Assembly (NCBI GenBank): GCA_022749935.1
Contig: JAKIWQ010000004.1
Location: 2,286 to 66,285 of the forward strand
Length of the DNA: 64,000 bases
Direction of reading: 5' to 3'
Source: Thermoplasmata archaeon
GTDB lineage: Archaea; Thermoplasmatota; Thermoplasmata; Lutacidiplasmatales; UBA184
Of this stretch, positions 38,171 through 47,954 are shown in pieces. Each line of letters starts with the position of its first letter. Positions within the stretch are counted from its first letter, which is position 1. A program made the position numbers and the translations under genes. The notes under the pieces are model-generated. The model made no database searches and was not told where the DNA came from. It saw nothing but the letters and a program-made list of their open reading frames with translations.

Positions 38171-38662
38171 TTAGCGTGGACCGAGGTCGGCCCGTCCCGA
38201 CCCCGGACCCCCGGCGAGAAGTTCCTCGCCGCGCGCGACCGCCTCGACGGCGGAGACGAGGTCCCGGATCGCGAAGGGGCGGTTCAAGATCGCGCGCACG
38301 CCGAGCCGGCGGGCGCGCGCCAGCAGGTCCGGTGTCGTTTCCGGGACGATCAAGAGAGGGAGGAGACCCGCTTGCCGGGCCCGGGCGACGCCGAGCTCGT
38401 GCGGCCAAAGCTCCCCCTCCCCGTCGGCCACGAGGATGAGGACCCGGGGCGGGTCGGCCTCCTCGACGGATGCGAGCGACTCCGCGCTGCCCACCTCACC
38501 GGTCACCCGGTGGTGGTGCAGCCGGATCAACCCCCGCAGCAGGAGCCGGGTTTCCTCGGTTCCCCCTACAATGAGTGTGTGTACGATCGGTCGGTCGACT
38601 CCCGGCGCAGGACGGCCGGCAGGCACTTCGGCACGCGGCACATTTTCGTCGTTTCGGCGCAT
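38171..38662 (-). CDS. Stand-alone receiver-like domain lacking canonical phosphorylation residues (start uncertain)
   Basis: CheY-like pattern TLIV..., RVLILV, LLIV, GVRAILNRPF, DLVSAVEAV. Confidence 0.65.
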   Translation of the reverse strand: MRRNDENVPRAEVPAGRPAPGVDRPIVHTLIVGGTEETRLLLRGLIRLHHHRVTGEVGSAESLASVEEADPPRVLILVADGEGELWPHELGVARARQAGLLPLLIVPETTPDLLARARRLGVRAILNRPFAIRDLVSAVEAVARGEELLAGGPGSGRADLGPR

Positions 38663-38940
38663 GGCGTGGCAGGCCCGGACCCGCCAACCGAACCAGCGGC
38701 CCCCCTAGGGTATAGTTCTGGTGGTACAGGCGCTAATTGCTCTCGAGGCGCACCGTCGGTCACCTCCCGGGGGCCCCGTCAACTATATAGTCTGACGAGA
38801 ACTTCCGTTCCTTGGCCTCGGGCATCGGCATTCCGGCCCCCGGGTGGCATCGTCCAGCAGACCCGGAGAACGGGACGCCGGTGCCTTCCCCGTGCTCATC
38901 GAGCGACAGGTTCTTTTATCGTCGGCCGGGAGCGCATCCG

Positions 38941-39660
38941 ATGGCCGCTCTCTTTGGTCCTTCCACGACCGACCTCGAACATCTCCGAAGCACCGTGCGG
39001 GCGCTGGGCACCACGAGCGTGCCGGGACTCGCCGCGGCGCTCTCCTGGCGCGAGCGGAAGACCGAGAAGTTCCTGGCCCACGAGCTTTCCCGCCCAAATA
39101 CCCCGCTCGTCTACGACCCGTCCCGGCGAACGGTCCGGTGGGCGGTCGTGATGAAGGTCCCTCCACCGGCCGCAGCGCCGGGCCTCCCACCGACGTCACC
39201 CTCCACGCCGCGCGCTCCCAGCCCCGTGTTCACCCCGATGGGTCTGAAGACGCTCTGCCCGCGGTGTCACGTGGCGCTCCAGTCGACCGGCTCCGCGGGC
39301 CTGATCGTATGTCCTCAATGCGGGAGACTCTCGAGCGCCCGCAGCGGCGGGATCCTCTCGGGAACCTCCACGACCCCGACCCGACCCACGCCCACGACGC
39401 CGAGCGCTCCCACCGTCCCCCCACCGTGGTCGTCCCCTCCGGCCACCCCGCCGTCCAGCTCGGCGACCGCGTCGGTCGACCGCCGCTCCCAGGAACTGTT
39501 CGCGGCCTGGGTGACGAACCAGCCGATCCCCTGCCCCAAGTGCCGTACCCCGCTCCGCCACCGGGGCGTCAGCGAGTATGGCTGCCCTTCGTGCGGACAG
39601 CAGGTCCATTTCCCTGCCCCCCCGGAGAAGTCCTCCGGGGTCGCGATACCGGCCCGATGA
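38941..39660 (+). CDS. Hypothetical protein with two Zn ribbons and Pro/Thr-rich linkers
   Basis: CPRC...CPQCG and CPKC...CPSCG; TTTTATC TATA-like element ~25 nt upstream. Confidence 0.75.
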   Translation: MAALFGPSTTDLEHLRSTVRALGTTSVPGLAAALSWRERKTEKFLAHELSRPNTPLVYDPSRRTVRWAVVMKVPPPAAAPGLPPTSPSTPRAPSPVFTPMGLKTLCPRCHVALQSTGSAGLIVCPQCGRLSSARSGGILSGTSTTPTRPTPTTPSAPTVPPPWSSPPATPPSSSATASVDRRSQELFAAWVTNQPIPCPKCRTPLRHRGVSEYGCPSCGQQVHFPAPPEKSSGVAIPAR

Positions 39661-39664
39661 GCTT

Positions 39665-41194
39665 CTAGAACGGGACCTGAGCCCGGACTTCCCGCACCAG
39701 CGCTCCCGAGGCGATCGCCTCGGTCACGCGCGCGATGTCGCCCGCGGGGCTCCGGTCGTGAGACCAGGGAGCGACGCGGGACCGGAGCGCCCGGAAGGCC
39801 GCCTCGCTCCCGGCGCCCCCGGTCTTGGGGTGGCGCAGCTCGAGCGCCTGCCCGGCGACGATCCACTCCACGGCCACGACCCGCCGCGTGTTCTCCAGGA
39901 TGCGTCGTAGCTTGGCTCCGGCCCAGGGACCCATGCTGACGAAGTCCTCCTGGTCGGCCGAGGTCGGGAGGCTGGAGGCACTCGCGGGGTGGACGAGGGT
40001 CACGTTCTCGTTTACGAGCGCGGCGGCGAGATACTGGGGGACCATGAACCCCGAGCTTACTCCCGGGTCGGGCGCGAGGAAGGCGGGCAGTCCCCGGTTG
40101 AGGGCGGGGTGGAGGAGCCGGGAGGTCCGCCGCTCGCTGAACGCGGCGACGTACTGGGTCGTGAGGGCGAGGGTGTCGAGCGCCAGCGCGAGCGGTTGTC
40201 CGTGGAAGTTTCCTCCGCTGACGAAGTCGTCCTTCTCGAAGACGACGGGATTGTCGGTGACGGCGTTGAGCTCCCGCCCGACGACCTCTTCGGCAAACCG
40301 GAGCCCGAGCAAGACCGACCCGAGGACCTGGGGAAGGCAGCGCAGCGTGTAGGCATCCTGCCCTGCCCAGGCCGTGCGAGGGGCGGAGAGGGCGGAGCCG
40401 GCGAGGAGCGCGCGCATCGAAGCGGCGATGGTGCGATGTTCGGGAAAATTGCGGATCTCACCAAGACGGTCGTCCAGCGATTCGGGATTCCCTTCGAGCG
40501 CGTCAAACGAGAGCGCCGCGGCGATCAGGCCCGCGTCCAACACCGAGCGGAGGTCCTGGACGGCGAGCGCGAGGTACGACGCCATGAGGGCCGTCCCGTT
40601 GAGGAGCGCGACCCCCTCCTTCTCGACCAGTTCGAGCGCGGGGATCTCGTCCCGCTCGAGGACCCCGCGGGCCGGCAGCGGGTCCCCACCCTCGGGTGGA
40701 ACGAACGCACCCTCTCCCATGAGCGTCAGCGCCAGATGTGCGAGCGGAGCGAGGTCGCCCGAAGCACCGACCGAACCCTGCTCCGGGATCCAGGGCTGGA
40801 GTCCATGGTTGAGCAGGTCGAGGAGCCGCTCGACAACCTCCACCCGGACCCCGGAGTGACCCCTGGCCAGCGAATTCGCCCGAAGCAGGACCAATCCGCG
40901 CACCACGTCGCTCGGGAGGGCCGGACCGGTCCCGCTCGCGTGGCTCCGGACGAGGGAGATTTGGAGCTCTCTCGCCTTCGCTGGCGAGATCGTCTTGTGA
41001 GAGAGCCCCCCGAATCCGGTCGTCACCCCGTAGATGGCCCGTTCGGCCGCTACCACGCGCTCGACAGCCTGCCGGCTCGACATCATCGCCTTCCGCGCCT
41101 CGGGCGCGAGGGCGACCTTGTGTCCCTCGCGGGCGATCGCGAGGAACTGCTCGAGGGTCAGCGAGCGGCCGTCCATCGGGATCGTCTCGGTCAT
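39665..41194 (-). CDS. hutH: Histidine ammonia-lyase
   Basis: YGVTTGFG, GSVGASGDLAPL (MIO triad), QDAYTLRC, GGNFHGQP, QEDFVSMG. Confidence 0.96.
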   Translation of the reverse strand: MTETIPMDGRSLTLEQFLAIAREGHKVALAPEARKAMMSSRQAVERVVAAERAIYGVTTGFGGLSHKTISPAKARELQISLVRSHASGTGPALPSDVVRGLVLLRANSLARGHSGVRVEVVERLLDLLNHGLQPWIPEQGSVGASGDLAPLAHLALTLMGEGAFVPPEGGDPLPARGVLERDEIPALELVEKEGVALLNGTALMASYLALAVQDLRSVLDAGLIAAALSFDALEGNPESLDDRLGEIRNFPEHRTIAASMRALLAGSALSAPRTAWAGQDAYTLRCLPQVLGSVLLGLRFAEEVVGRELNAVTDNPVVFEKDDFVSGGNFHGQPLALALDTLALTTQYVAAFSERRTSRLLHPALNRGLPAFLAPDPGVSSGFMVPQYLAAALVNENVTLVHPASASSLPTSADQEDFVSMGPWAGAKLRRILENTRRVVAVEWIVAGQALELRHPKTGGAGSEAAFRALRSRVAPWSHDRSPAGDIARVTEAIASGALVREVRAQVPF

Positions 41195-41246
41195 CGTGAA
41201 GGGGTCCTACGACCCATCCCGCCCGGTCGCAAGTCCCACGACGCGC

Positions 41247-41777
41247 TTACCCCGCGGGGACGACGAGCTCCCCACCGGGCTTCTGCAGGGAGGGCACCCG
41301 GCGGGTCTTCTGTCCTTTGGCTTGCCAGAAGATCTCCGCGAACTCCTGGACGAGCTTCTGGAGCTCCTGCGCGTCGGCCAGGTTCGTCCCCTGGCGCGCC
41401 TTGGACGCTTGCTTCATGATCTTCCAGGTGAGCTCGTGGATCTGGGGGAACTGCTTGGCGTGGTCGGGAGTGAAGAAATCGCCCCAGATGACACGGACCT
41501 CGGTCTTCAGTTTCTCCGCGTGCTGCTCCTTCACGGTGGTGTAGCGGGAGACCTTGGCGACGTACCCCGCACGGTCCTCCGGCTTGGCGTCCATCGGAGG
41601 GGACGCGAGCTCGGCGATCAACTGGTCCATCCGGACGATCGTCATCGCCGAGAGTTGCGCGTCGATCGGGTCATAAATACCACAGGGAATGTCGCAGTGC
41701 GCGTACACGGGCTCGGGCGGTCGAACGGCGTCCCAGAGACGGGTCACGCCCTCTCGGATAGGGGAAAATGCGGGCAT
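41247..41777 (-). CDS. sodN: Nickel superoxide dismutase precursor
   Basis: 26-aa leader followed by the Ni-hook HCDIPCGIYDP; KEQHA, IWGDFF, SKARQ, IFW. Confidence 0.93.
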   Translation of the reverse strand: MPAFSPIREGVTRLWDAVRPPEPVYAHCDIPCGIYDPIDAQLSAMTIVRMDQLIAELASPPMDAKPEDRAGYVAKVSRYTTVKEQHAEKLKTEVRVIWGDFFTPDHAKQFPQIHELTWKIMKQASKARQGTNLADAQELQKLVQEFAEIFWQAKGQKTRRVPSLQKPGGELVVPAG

Positions 41778-41807
41778 GAGCGGCGCACTCTCGAGCGGGG
41801 CATAAGG

Positions 41808-42242
41808 TTGCCGGACGCCACGCGTCCCTCGGCGGCGGGTACCGGCTGGTGGTCGGTGCTCCGACGTCGGTTGAGGAGTCGCCGGTTCGTCGTCCGCGAT
41901 GATTCGATGGTGCCCACGCTACTCCCGGACGACCACCTCCTCGTCGACCCGGAGGCGTATCGTACGGCCGGACCCCAGCGGGGAGACCTCGTCGTCCTGC
42001 AGGACCCCGAAGTGGAGGCGCGCCGGTTGGTGAAGCGCGTCGACGGACTTCCCGGGGATTTCCGGGGGACCGCGGGCACGATTCCGACCGGGTCGGTGTA
42101 CGTACTCGGGATCGACCCGAGCCGGAGCCGGGACAGTCGGAGCTTTGGGCCGGTCCCGATAGGTCACATCGTCGGCCGGGCCTGGTTCCGGTACCGTCCG
42201 CCCGAACGGAGGGGTCCGCTACCTCCCGCCACCGTTAAGTGA
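41808..42242 (+). CDS. sodX: S26-family NiSOD maturation protease (start may be GTG at ~41856)
   Basis: DSMVPTL (Ser), RGDLVV, LVKRV (Lys), SRDSRSFGPV; divergent from sodN. Confidence 0.8.
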   Translation: MPDATRPSAAGTGWWSVLRRRLRSRRFVVRDDSMVPTLLPDDHLLVDPEAYRTAGPQRGDLVVLQDPEVEARRLVKRVDGLPGDFRGTAGTIPTGSVYVLGIDPSRSRDSRSFGPVPIGHIVGRAWFRYRPPERRGPLPPATVK

Positions 42243-42261
42243 TGTGGCATTTGCCCACATC
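42241..42261. promoter_or_regulatory. 7-bp inverted repeat, candidate operator of the Mo/W transport operon
   Basis: GATGTGG-CATTTGC-CCACATC between TATA-like GTTAAGT (42234-42240) and ATG 42263. Confidence 0.45.
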
Positions 42262-42262
42262 G

Positions 42263-43345
42263 ATGCGTCCAGTCGTTCGTACCGCCGTCGGGGTCGTCGT
42301 CGTCGTGAGCGCGCTGGTCGGCGGGTTTCTTGGAGGTTGGTATCTTCACACCCCGGCCGCCTCCACGGCCGGCCCGACCTCCTCCACGTTGGGGATCATC
42401 GCGGCGGGAAGTCTCGCACCGATCCTCCCCTCGTTCGCGTCGGCCTTCGCCAACCAGACGTCCGGGGTCGACGCGTCCGCCGCGGCGCAGCTGTACGAGG
42501 GGTCGACGGCCGCGGCGACCGCGCTGAGTACGGAAACGCATTCCCCGTACGACCTCTTCATCTCGGCCGATTTCCGCGTGATCCCGCAGCACCTCGAGGC
42601 TCCGACCAGCACCGTGGCCACCTGGGAGGCCGTGTTCGCCTCCGACCCGGTCGTCCTGGCGTATGCCCCGGGCGTGTCCGCGCTGTCGGGGATCAACACG
42701 ACCAACTGGTTCCAGAAGGTCACCGCGTCCGGCGTGACCCTCGGGGTCGCCAACGCCAGCGCCGACCCGTTGGGAGCCAACGCCCTCTTCGTCCTCGAAC
42801 TCCAGGACGCCCTCGCCCACCAGAGCGGCGCCCTCTACGGCCACTTCTTCAACGGCGCGCTGGGGGCCCTCGCGACCCCCACGTCCTCGGCCAAATTCGT
42901 CGCCGAGAACGTCGCGCAATCGGCCCTGTCCACGGGAGAGGTGAGCGCCTACCTCATCTACCGGTCGTACGCCCAGGTCGACCACCTCACCTACGTCAGC
43001 CTGAGTTCGTCGGTGAATCTCGGAGCGACCGACCCGTCGAACGTCAGTCTCTACGGGACCGTCTCGACCACCATCCTGTCGGGCACGTCGACCAAGAGTG
43101 TGGCCGGCGCACCGGTACTCTTCGCGCTGACCGTCCCGACCAACGCGCCGAACGTCGCCCTCGGGGTCGCCTTCGCCGCCTACCTCCTGTCCAACGCCAC
43201 GTCGTCGATGTGGGCCGCGGACGGATTCCAGCCGATCTCACCGGCGTGGGTCGACGCACCCGCCCATGTGCCCGCCGCGCTCAGTGGGTTCGCCCCCGAC
43301 GGCCTTCCTCCACTTCCCGCCGACCTCGCGAGCCTCCTGGCCTGA
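42263..43345 (+). CDS. Tungstate/molybdate ABC substrate-binding protein (WtpA/ModA-like)
   Basis: N-terminal TM anchor, AAGSL, GST, DLFISAD, DPLG, IYRSYA. Confidence 0.8.
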   Translation: MRPVVRTAVGVVVVVSALVGGFLGGWYLHTPAASTAGPTSSTLGIIAAGSLAPILPSFASAFANQTSGVDASAAAQLYEGSTAAATALSTETHSPYDLFISADFRVIPQHLEAPTSTVATWEAVFASDPVVLAYAPGVSALSGINTTNWFQKVTASGVTLGVANASADPLGANALFVLELQDALAHQSGALYGHFFNGALGALATPTSSAKFVAENVAQSALSTGEVSAYLIYRSYAQVDHLTYVSLSSSVNLGATDPSNVSLYGTVSTTILSGTSTKSVAGAPVLFALTVPTNAPNVALGVAFAAYLLSNATSSMWAADGFQPISPAWVDAPAHVPAALSGFAPDGLPPLPADLASLLA

Positions 43346-43367
43346 GGCCGGACGGCCTCACCCCGTG

Positions 43368-44210
43368 ATGTTCGCTAGCCGCACCGCCACCATCGCCCGG
43401 GTGGTTGCGGGAATCCTTTCGGCCTCCTTGGTCGGCCTGTTCGTCCTCCCGCTCGTCGCCCTGGTGGCCTACACGGGGTGGGACGGGATCCTCTCCGCCG
43501 CGGGAAACGGCGGGTTCCGGACGGCGCTCGAGTTCACGTTGCTCGCGTCGGCCATCGCGGTCGGTCTAGGTCTCCTCACCGGGGTGCCCCTCGGGTACGT
43601 CCTCGCGCGATACCGGTTTCCCGGGCGCTCGATCGTGGAGTCGCTCGTCCTCGTACCGGTCGTGATCCCGCACCTCGTGGTAGGCATCGCCCTTCTCCTC
43701 CTCTTCGCCCCCGGAAATCCGGTCGGAGGCTGGGTCGCCTCGCTCGGCATACCGGTGTTTGACGGAACCTGGGGCGTGGTCCTGGTCATGATGTACGTCG
43801 GCTCGTCCTACGTGGTCCTGACCAGTCAGCTGGCGTTCCGCTCGGTGGACGACGACGTCCTCGAGTCCGCGCGCTCGCTCGGCGCGACTCCGTCCGAGGC
43901 GTTCCTCACCGTGACGCTCCCCTCGGCCGCCCGGGGCATCTTGACCGGGGCTCTGCTGATGTGGGCGCGGGGCGTCAGCGAGGTCGGCGGGTTCATCATC
44001 CTCGCCTACGCGATCTACCCGAGTCCCCCGTGGAACGGGCCCGTCACCAACCCCGCGTCCGTGTGGATCCTGAACTACTACTCGATCGACCCGAGTCTCG
44101 CGGTGGGGGCCGCGGCGCTCCTGGTCTTGGTCGCACTTGCCCTCTTCCTCGCGATCCGACTGGTCGACCGGACGGGGATCCTCACCGCCCTCCGGGGGTG
44201 GTGGTCGTGA
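43368..44210 (+). CDS. ABC permease (WtpB/ModB-like)
   Basis: EAA loop ESARSLGA, PVVIPHLVVG, WARGVSEVG. Confidence 0.85.
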   Translation: MFASRTATIARVVAGILSASLVGLFVLPLVALVAYTGWDGILSAAGNGGFRTALEFTLLASAIAVGLGLLTGVPLGYVLARYRFPGRSIVESLVLVPVVIPHLVVGIALLLLFAPGNPVGGWVASLGIPVFDGTWGVVLVMMYVGSSYVVLTSQLAFRSVDDDVLESARSLGATPSEAFLTVTLPSAARGILTGALLMWARGVSEVGGFIILAYAIYPSPPWNGPVTNPASVWILNYYSIDPSLAVGAAALLVLVALALFLAIRLVDRTGILTALRGWWS

Positions 44211-45238
44211 GCGGTCTCGTCGTGGAGGGACTCGAGGTCGCACGGGGCGAGTTCCACCTGGGACCCATCCGTCTCGACGTCCCCCCGGCGTCGGCCACCG
44301 CGCTCCTCGGACGGTCGGGGGCGGGCAAGACCACGCTCCTGCGGACGCTCGCGGGGTTCCTGCCGGCCCAACGCGGGGAGGTTCGCCTCGGGGACCGATC
44401 GATCGGTCGCCTTCCCCCCGAGCGGCGGGGGTTCGGGTTCGTCCCTCCCAACCTCGGCCTCTTCCCACATCGCCGGGTCCGCGAGAACGTCGCCTATCCG
44501 TTGCGACTCCGCGGCGCTCCGGACGCGGCCGCGCAGACCCGGGTCTGGATCGACCGGTTCCATCTCGGGGGCCTCGCCGATCGGTATCCGGCCGAGCTCA
44601 GTTCGGGGCAGCAACAGCGGGTCGCGATGGCCCGGGCTCTGGCGGCCGGTCCCAGCGCCCTCCTCTGGGACGAACCCCTGGCCGCGCTGGACGTCGAGAG
44701 CCGCGACGTCCTCCTCCGACTGGTTCGAGACCTCCTCGTCGCGGAAGGGTTGTCGCTCCTCCTCGTCACCCACGACGCCGCCACCGCGCTCGCGCTCGCC
44801 GACCGGATCGTCGTCCTGGTCGAGGGCCGGATCCGGTTCGACGGCCCTCCCGAGCAGCTCGCGCGAGCCCCTCTCGATCGGTTCATCGCCCGGTTCCTCG
44901 GGTTCGAGAACCTCCTCTCGCTCGCCGAGATCGAGACCGGGTCCGCATCGGGGCTCGCCCCGGATCTCCGTCGGGCGGCCGGCCCAGGTGGCGTGGTGAT
45001 CCCGCCGACGGCGCTGACCTGGAGCCGTTCGGGAACGAACGAGGGGCCGGCGCAGGTGAATGCGCTTCGCTGGACCCCCGGCGGCTGGGTGGTGGTCGTC
45101 CAGGAGGGTCCGTGGACGTTCCGTGTCCCCGCCGGACCCCACCCACCCACCGTCCGGGTCGGGGACCCGGTGACGCTCTCGCTCGACCCGACGCTCTTGA
45201 AGCCGCTCTCCGACCTCACCGACGAGGAGGCCGCATGA
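44207..45238 (+). CDS. ABC ATP-binding subunit (WtpC/ModC-like)
   Basis: GRSGAGKT, LSSGQQQR, WDEP, VTHD. Confidence 0.9.
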   Translation: MSGLVVEGLEVARGEFHLGPIRLDVPPASATALLGRSGAGKTTLLRTLAGFLPAQRGEVRLGDRSIGRLPPERRGFGFVPPNLGLFPHRRVRENVAYPLRLRGAPDAAAQTRVWIDRFHLGGLADRYPAELSSGQQQRVAMARALAAGPSALLWDEPLAALDVESRDVLLRLVRDLLVAEGLSLLLVTHDAATALALADRIVVLVEGRIRFDGPPEQLARAPLDRFIARFLGFENLLSLAEIETGSASGLAPDLRRAAGPGGVVIPPTALTWSRSGTNEGPAQVNALRWTPGGWVVVVQEGPWTFRVPAGPHPPTVRVGDPVTLSLDPTLLKPLSDLTDEEAA

Positions 45239-45891
45239 GCGAGGAGCGATGGCTGACGCCGACGGACGTGCGCCTCCTCGGGTCGCTCGCCGAGACCCCG
45301 AACCTGGTCCGGGCGGCCCGCTCCATCGGGATCGGGCGGGACCGGGCGGTCTACCGGCTGCAGCGACTCGCGCGACTCTACGGGCACGCGGTCTCCGTCG
45401 CCCACCGGGGTGGCACGACCCCCGGCGCGACGCGGCTCACGGCGCTCGGTCGGCGTCTCTTACAGCGAGCGGGCGGGACCGACCCGGAAGTCCAACAATG
45501 GTCGGGGGTCTACCGGACCGGTCCGCCCCCCCGCGTGGTCCTCGGGCCGGGAAAGGAGCTGGTCGTCTCGTTCCCGGCGGGGGAAGGACGGGCCGTGCGC
45601 GTCGCCGTCGAGCCGGAAGCGTTCGTCATCGCCCGCCAGCGCGTCGACCTGAGCGCCCGGAACGTCCTCCGCGTCCGTGTGGTCGCGGCCCACCGACGGC
45701 CGCACGGGGAAGCGGAGGTGTTGGCCGACTGGTCCGGAACGCCGGTCCGAGTGGCCCTCACCTGGTCGTCGGTCGAGCGGCTCCGGCTGACCCCGGGGGC
45801 GCGTGTCTACCTGTACGTGAAAGCCGTGGCGCTTCGCCGCATCGCTGCGGCCGTTCCCGCGCGGACTACTCGCGGATCCCCTCGGTCGTGA
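45235..45891 (+). CDS. ModE-like regulator (N-terminal HTH plus TOBE domain)
   Basis: [14 protein letters not shown]...RGG...LTALG; TOBE motif LSARN...SVERLRL..G..VY.YVKA; ATGA overlap. Confidence 0.8.
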   Translation: MSEERWLTPTDVRLLGSLAETPNLVRAARSIGIGRDRAVYRLQRLARLYGHAVSVAHRGGTTPGATRLTALGRRLLQRAGGTDPEVQQWSGVYRTGPPPRVVLGPGKELVVSFPAGEGRAVRVAVEPEAFVIARQRVDLSARNVLRVRVVAAHRRPHGEAEVLADWSGTPVRVALTWSSVERLRLTPGARVYLYVKAVALRRIAAAVPARTTRGSPRS

Positions 45892-46861
45892 GCGAGAAGA
45901 CCGCCTCGCCCTCGGGGAGGTTCGGGGAATCGATGAGGCGCGCGATCCGGCGCGGTGGCTTGGACTTCCGCAGGTAGACCCGATACGTCGCGGCGTGGGC
46001 CACGATGTTCCCGCCGATGGGTCGGGTCGGGTCGCCGAAGAGGATGTCCGGCCGGGCCGAGACCTGGTTCGTGACGACGATGGAGGCGTTGTACGTGTCG
46101 GAGAACCGGAGCAGCTCGTGGAGGTGCTTGTTGAGAAGCTGTTGCCGCGGGGCGAGCTCGGCGCGCCCGAGGTACTCCGCCCGGAAGTGGGCGGTCAGGG
46201 AGTCGACCACGAGCAGGCGGATCGGCTTCTCCCGGGCGAGTTCCTGCGCCTTCTGGACGAGGAGCATCTGGTGGTTCGAGTTGAAGGCGCGCGCGACGTG
46301 GATGTGGGAGAGCGCCTCCGTCGGGTCGATCCCGGCGCCCTTGGCCATATCCACGATCCGCTCGGGGCGGAACGTGCTCTCCGTGTCGATGTAGACGACC
46401 TCGCCCTCGAGCCCGCCCTGCGCCGGCGGCAGCTGGACGTCGACCGCGATCTGGTGGGCGATCTGGGTCTTTCCCGTCCCGAACTCGCCGGAGAACTCGG
46501 TGATCGCCTGGGTCTCGACGCCGCCCCCGAGCAGTTCGTCCAATGCTTTGGCGTTGGTCGTGATCCGCCCGAGCTTCTTGCGACGCTCGAGCAACGCGGT
46601 CCCGCTCTCGAACCCGCCGACGTCGGCCTTCCGTCGCGCTTCCCCGATGAGCTTCTGGGCGCTCGCCGTCCCGATCTCGGCCGCCTCGGCGACGTCCCCC
46701 GGCGAGGCGACCGCGAGTTCCATCAGGTCGGTGTACCCGGCCTCCCGCAGCTTGTCGGCGGTGGCGGTGCCGATTCCGGGCAGGTCCTCCAGCGCGATCT
46801 CGTGTTTCGGCTCCGGAGGACTCTCCGTCTGTCCGGGCCGGGCGGTGGGCTTCGGCGGCAC
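45866..46861 (-). CDS. radA: DNA repair and recombination protein RadA
   Basis: N-terminal Hh[36 protein letters not shown]. Confidence 0.97.
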   Translation of the reverse strand: MPPKPTARPGQTESPPEPKHEIALEDLPGIGTATADKLREAGYTDLMELAVASPGDVAEAAEIGTASAQKLIGEARRKADVGGFESGTALLERRKKLGRITTNAKALDELLGGGVETQAITEFSGEFGTGKTQIAHQIAVDVQLPPAQGGLEGEVVYIDTESTFRPERIVDMAKGAGIDPTEALSHIHVARAFNSNHQMLLVQKAQELAREKPIRLLVVDSLTAHFRAEYLGRAELAPRQQLLNKHLHELLRFSDTYNASIVVTNQVSARPDILFGDPTRPIGGNIVAHAATYRVYLRKSKPPRRIARLIDSPNLPEGEAVFSLTTEGIRE

Positions 46862-46927
46862 GAGGCCACCGACCCGACTACGAGGGATAAGGGTGGGGGA
46901 GGGGTCGCGGAACGGTGGAGGGTGCGC

Positions 46928-47887
46928 CTAGCCGGACTCGGGCTCCGGGACGAACGGTTCCCCCGTGAGCCGCTGGTAGACGGTCGTGTAGAGCCGGCTC
47001 ACCTCGTCCACGAGCAGCGGGGGGAGCGGGGGGATCGGGGGTTCCTCCGCCTGGGCCTCCCGGGCCTTCTGGAGGAGGTCGTAGTAGCCGGATTGCCGGT
47101 AGTGCTGGCGGACGAACTCCTTGGAAAAATCGACGTGGCGCCCGCGCTCGTAGGCGTCCTTGTCCCAGAACCGGTCCTCGTCGGCGGTCCCAAACGTGTC
47201 GACGACCATGAGGGTCCCTTCCGTGTCGACCCCGAACTCCTTCTTGCCGTCCACGTGGAGCAACCCCCGCGGTCCGATCTCCTTCTGCATCGCCTCGTCG
47301 ATCCGGAGGATCGTTTCCCGGATCTGGGCGAGCTGCTTCGCGTCGAGGGTCGACAGCTCGAGGGCTTCCTTGGTGGTGAGCAGACGGTCGACCGGTTCGA
47401 GCTTGGTCGTGACCTCGAAGTGCGGGTCGGGGAGAGGGACCCCGTACTCGAGCCGGTGGCCCGTGGGGAACCCCAGGTCCTCCGCGTGCACCGTCTCGGC
47501 CCGGACCCGGTCCCACATCGAGCCCGCGAGGTAGTACCGTACGATGACCTCGAGCGGGACCAGGAAATCCTTCGGGTGGGGGCCGAGGGTTCGGGGCTTC
47601 GGGACGACCCGGACCCGTTTCACGCGCATGGACGACGGGCCGCTCCGCTCGAGGAAGTGATGCGGGATGTGCAACCGCGTGCACAGCGCGAACCAGTGGG
47701 CGGCGGTCCCGTTGAGCGTCCTCCCCTTGTGCGGGATCTCGCTCGGGATGTGCTTGTCGAAGACCGAGATGTCGTTCGTGAACCGGAACTCGAGCTCGGT
47801 CGGCGAGACCTCGTAGACCTCCTTGACCTTCCCTCGGCGGAGGTACTTCAGCCCGCCCGGGGTCGGGGGAGAGGGAACCGCATCCAT
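46928..47887 (-). CDS. purC: SAICAR synthetase
   Basis: GKVKEVY, ISVFD, PLEVIVR, TTK, DGKKEFG, DEDRFW, SKEFVR. Confidence 0.94.
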   Translation of the reverse strand: MDAVPSPPTPGGLKYLRRGKVKEVYEVSPTELEFRFTNDISVFDKHIPSEIPHKGRTLNGTAAHWFALCTRLHIPHHFLERSGPSSMRVKRVRVVPKPRTLGPHPKDFLVPLEVIVRYYLAGSMWDRVRAETVHAEDLGFPTGHRLEYGVPLPDPHFEVTTKLEPVDRLLTTKEALELSTLDAKQLAQIRETILRIDEAMQKEIGPRGLLHVDGKKEFGVDTEGTLMVVDTFGTADEDRFWDKDAYERGRHVDFSKEFVRQHYRQSGYYDLLQKAREAQAEEPPIPPLPPLLVDEVSRLYTTVYQRLTGEPFVPEPESG

Positions 47888-47954
47888 CGGTGGTCGAGGA
47901 GGGCCGAGCGGCTTAAGGTTGCGGGGCCGCGCCGCCCCTTCGAGGCGCCGGACG

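Noticed and set aside
4218-46861. Inteins in RNR, DP2 or RadA
   Set aside because: Lengths are ordinary and no intein splice-junction or LAGLIDADG motifs were seen at the usual insertion sites.
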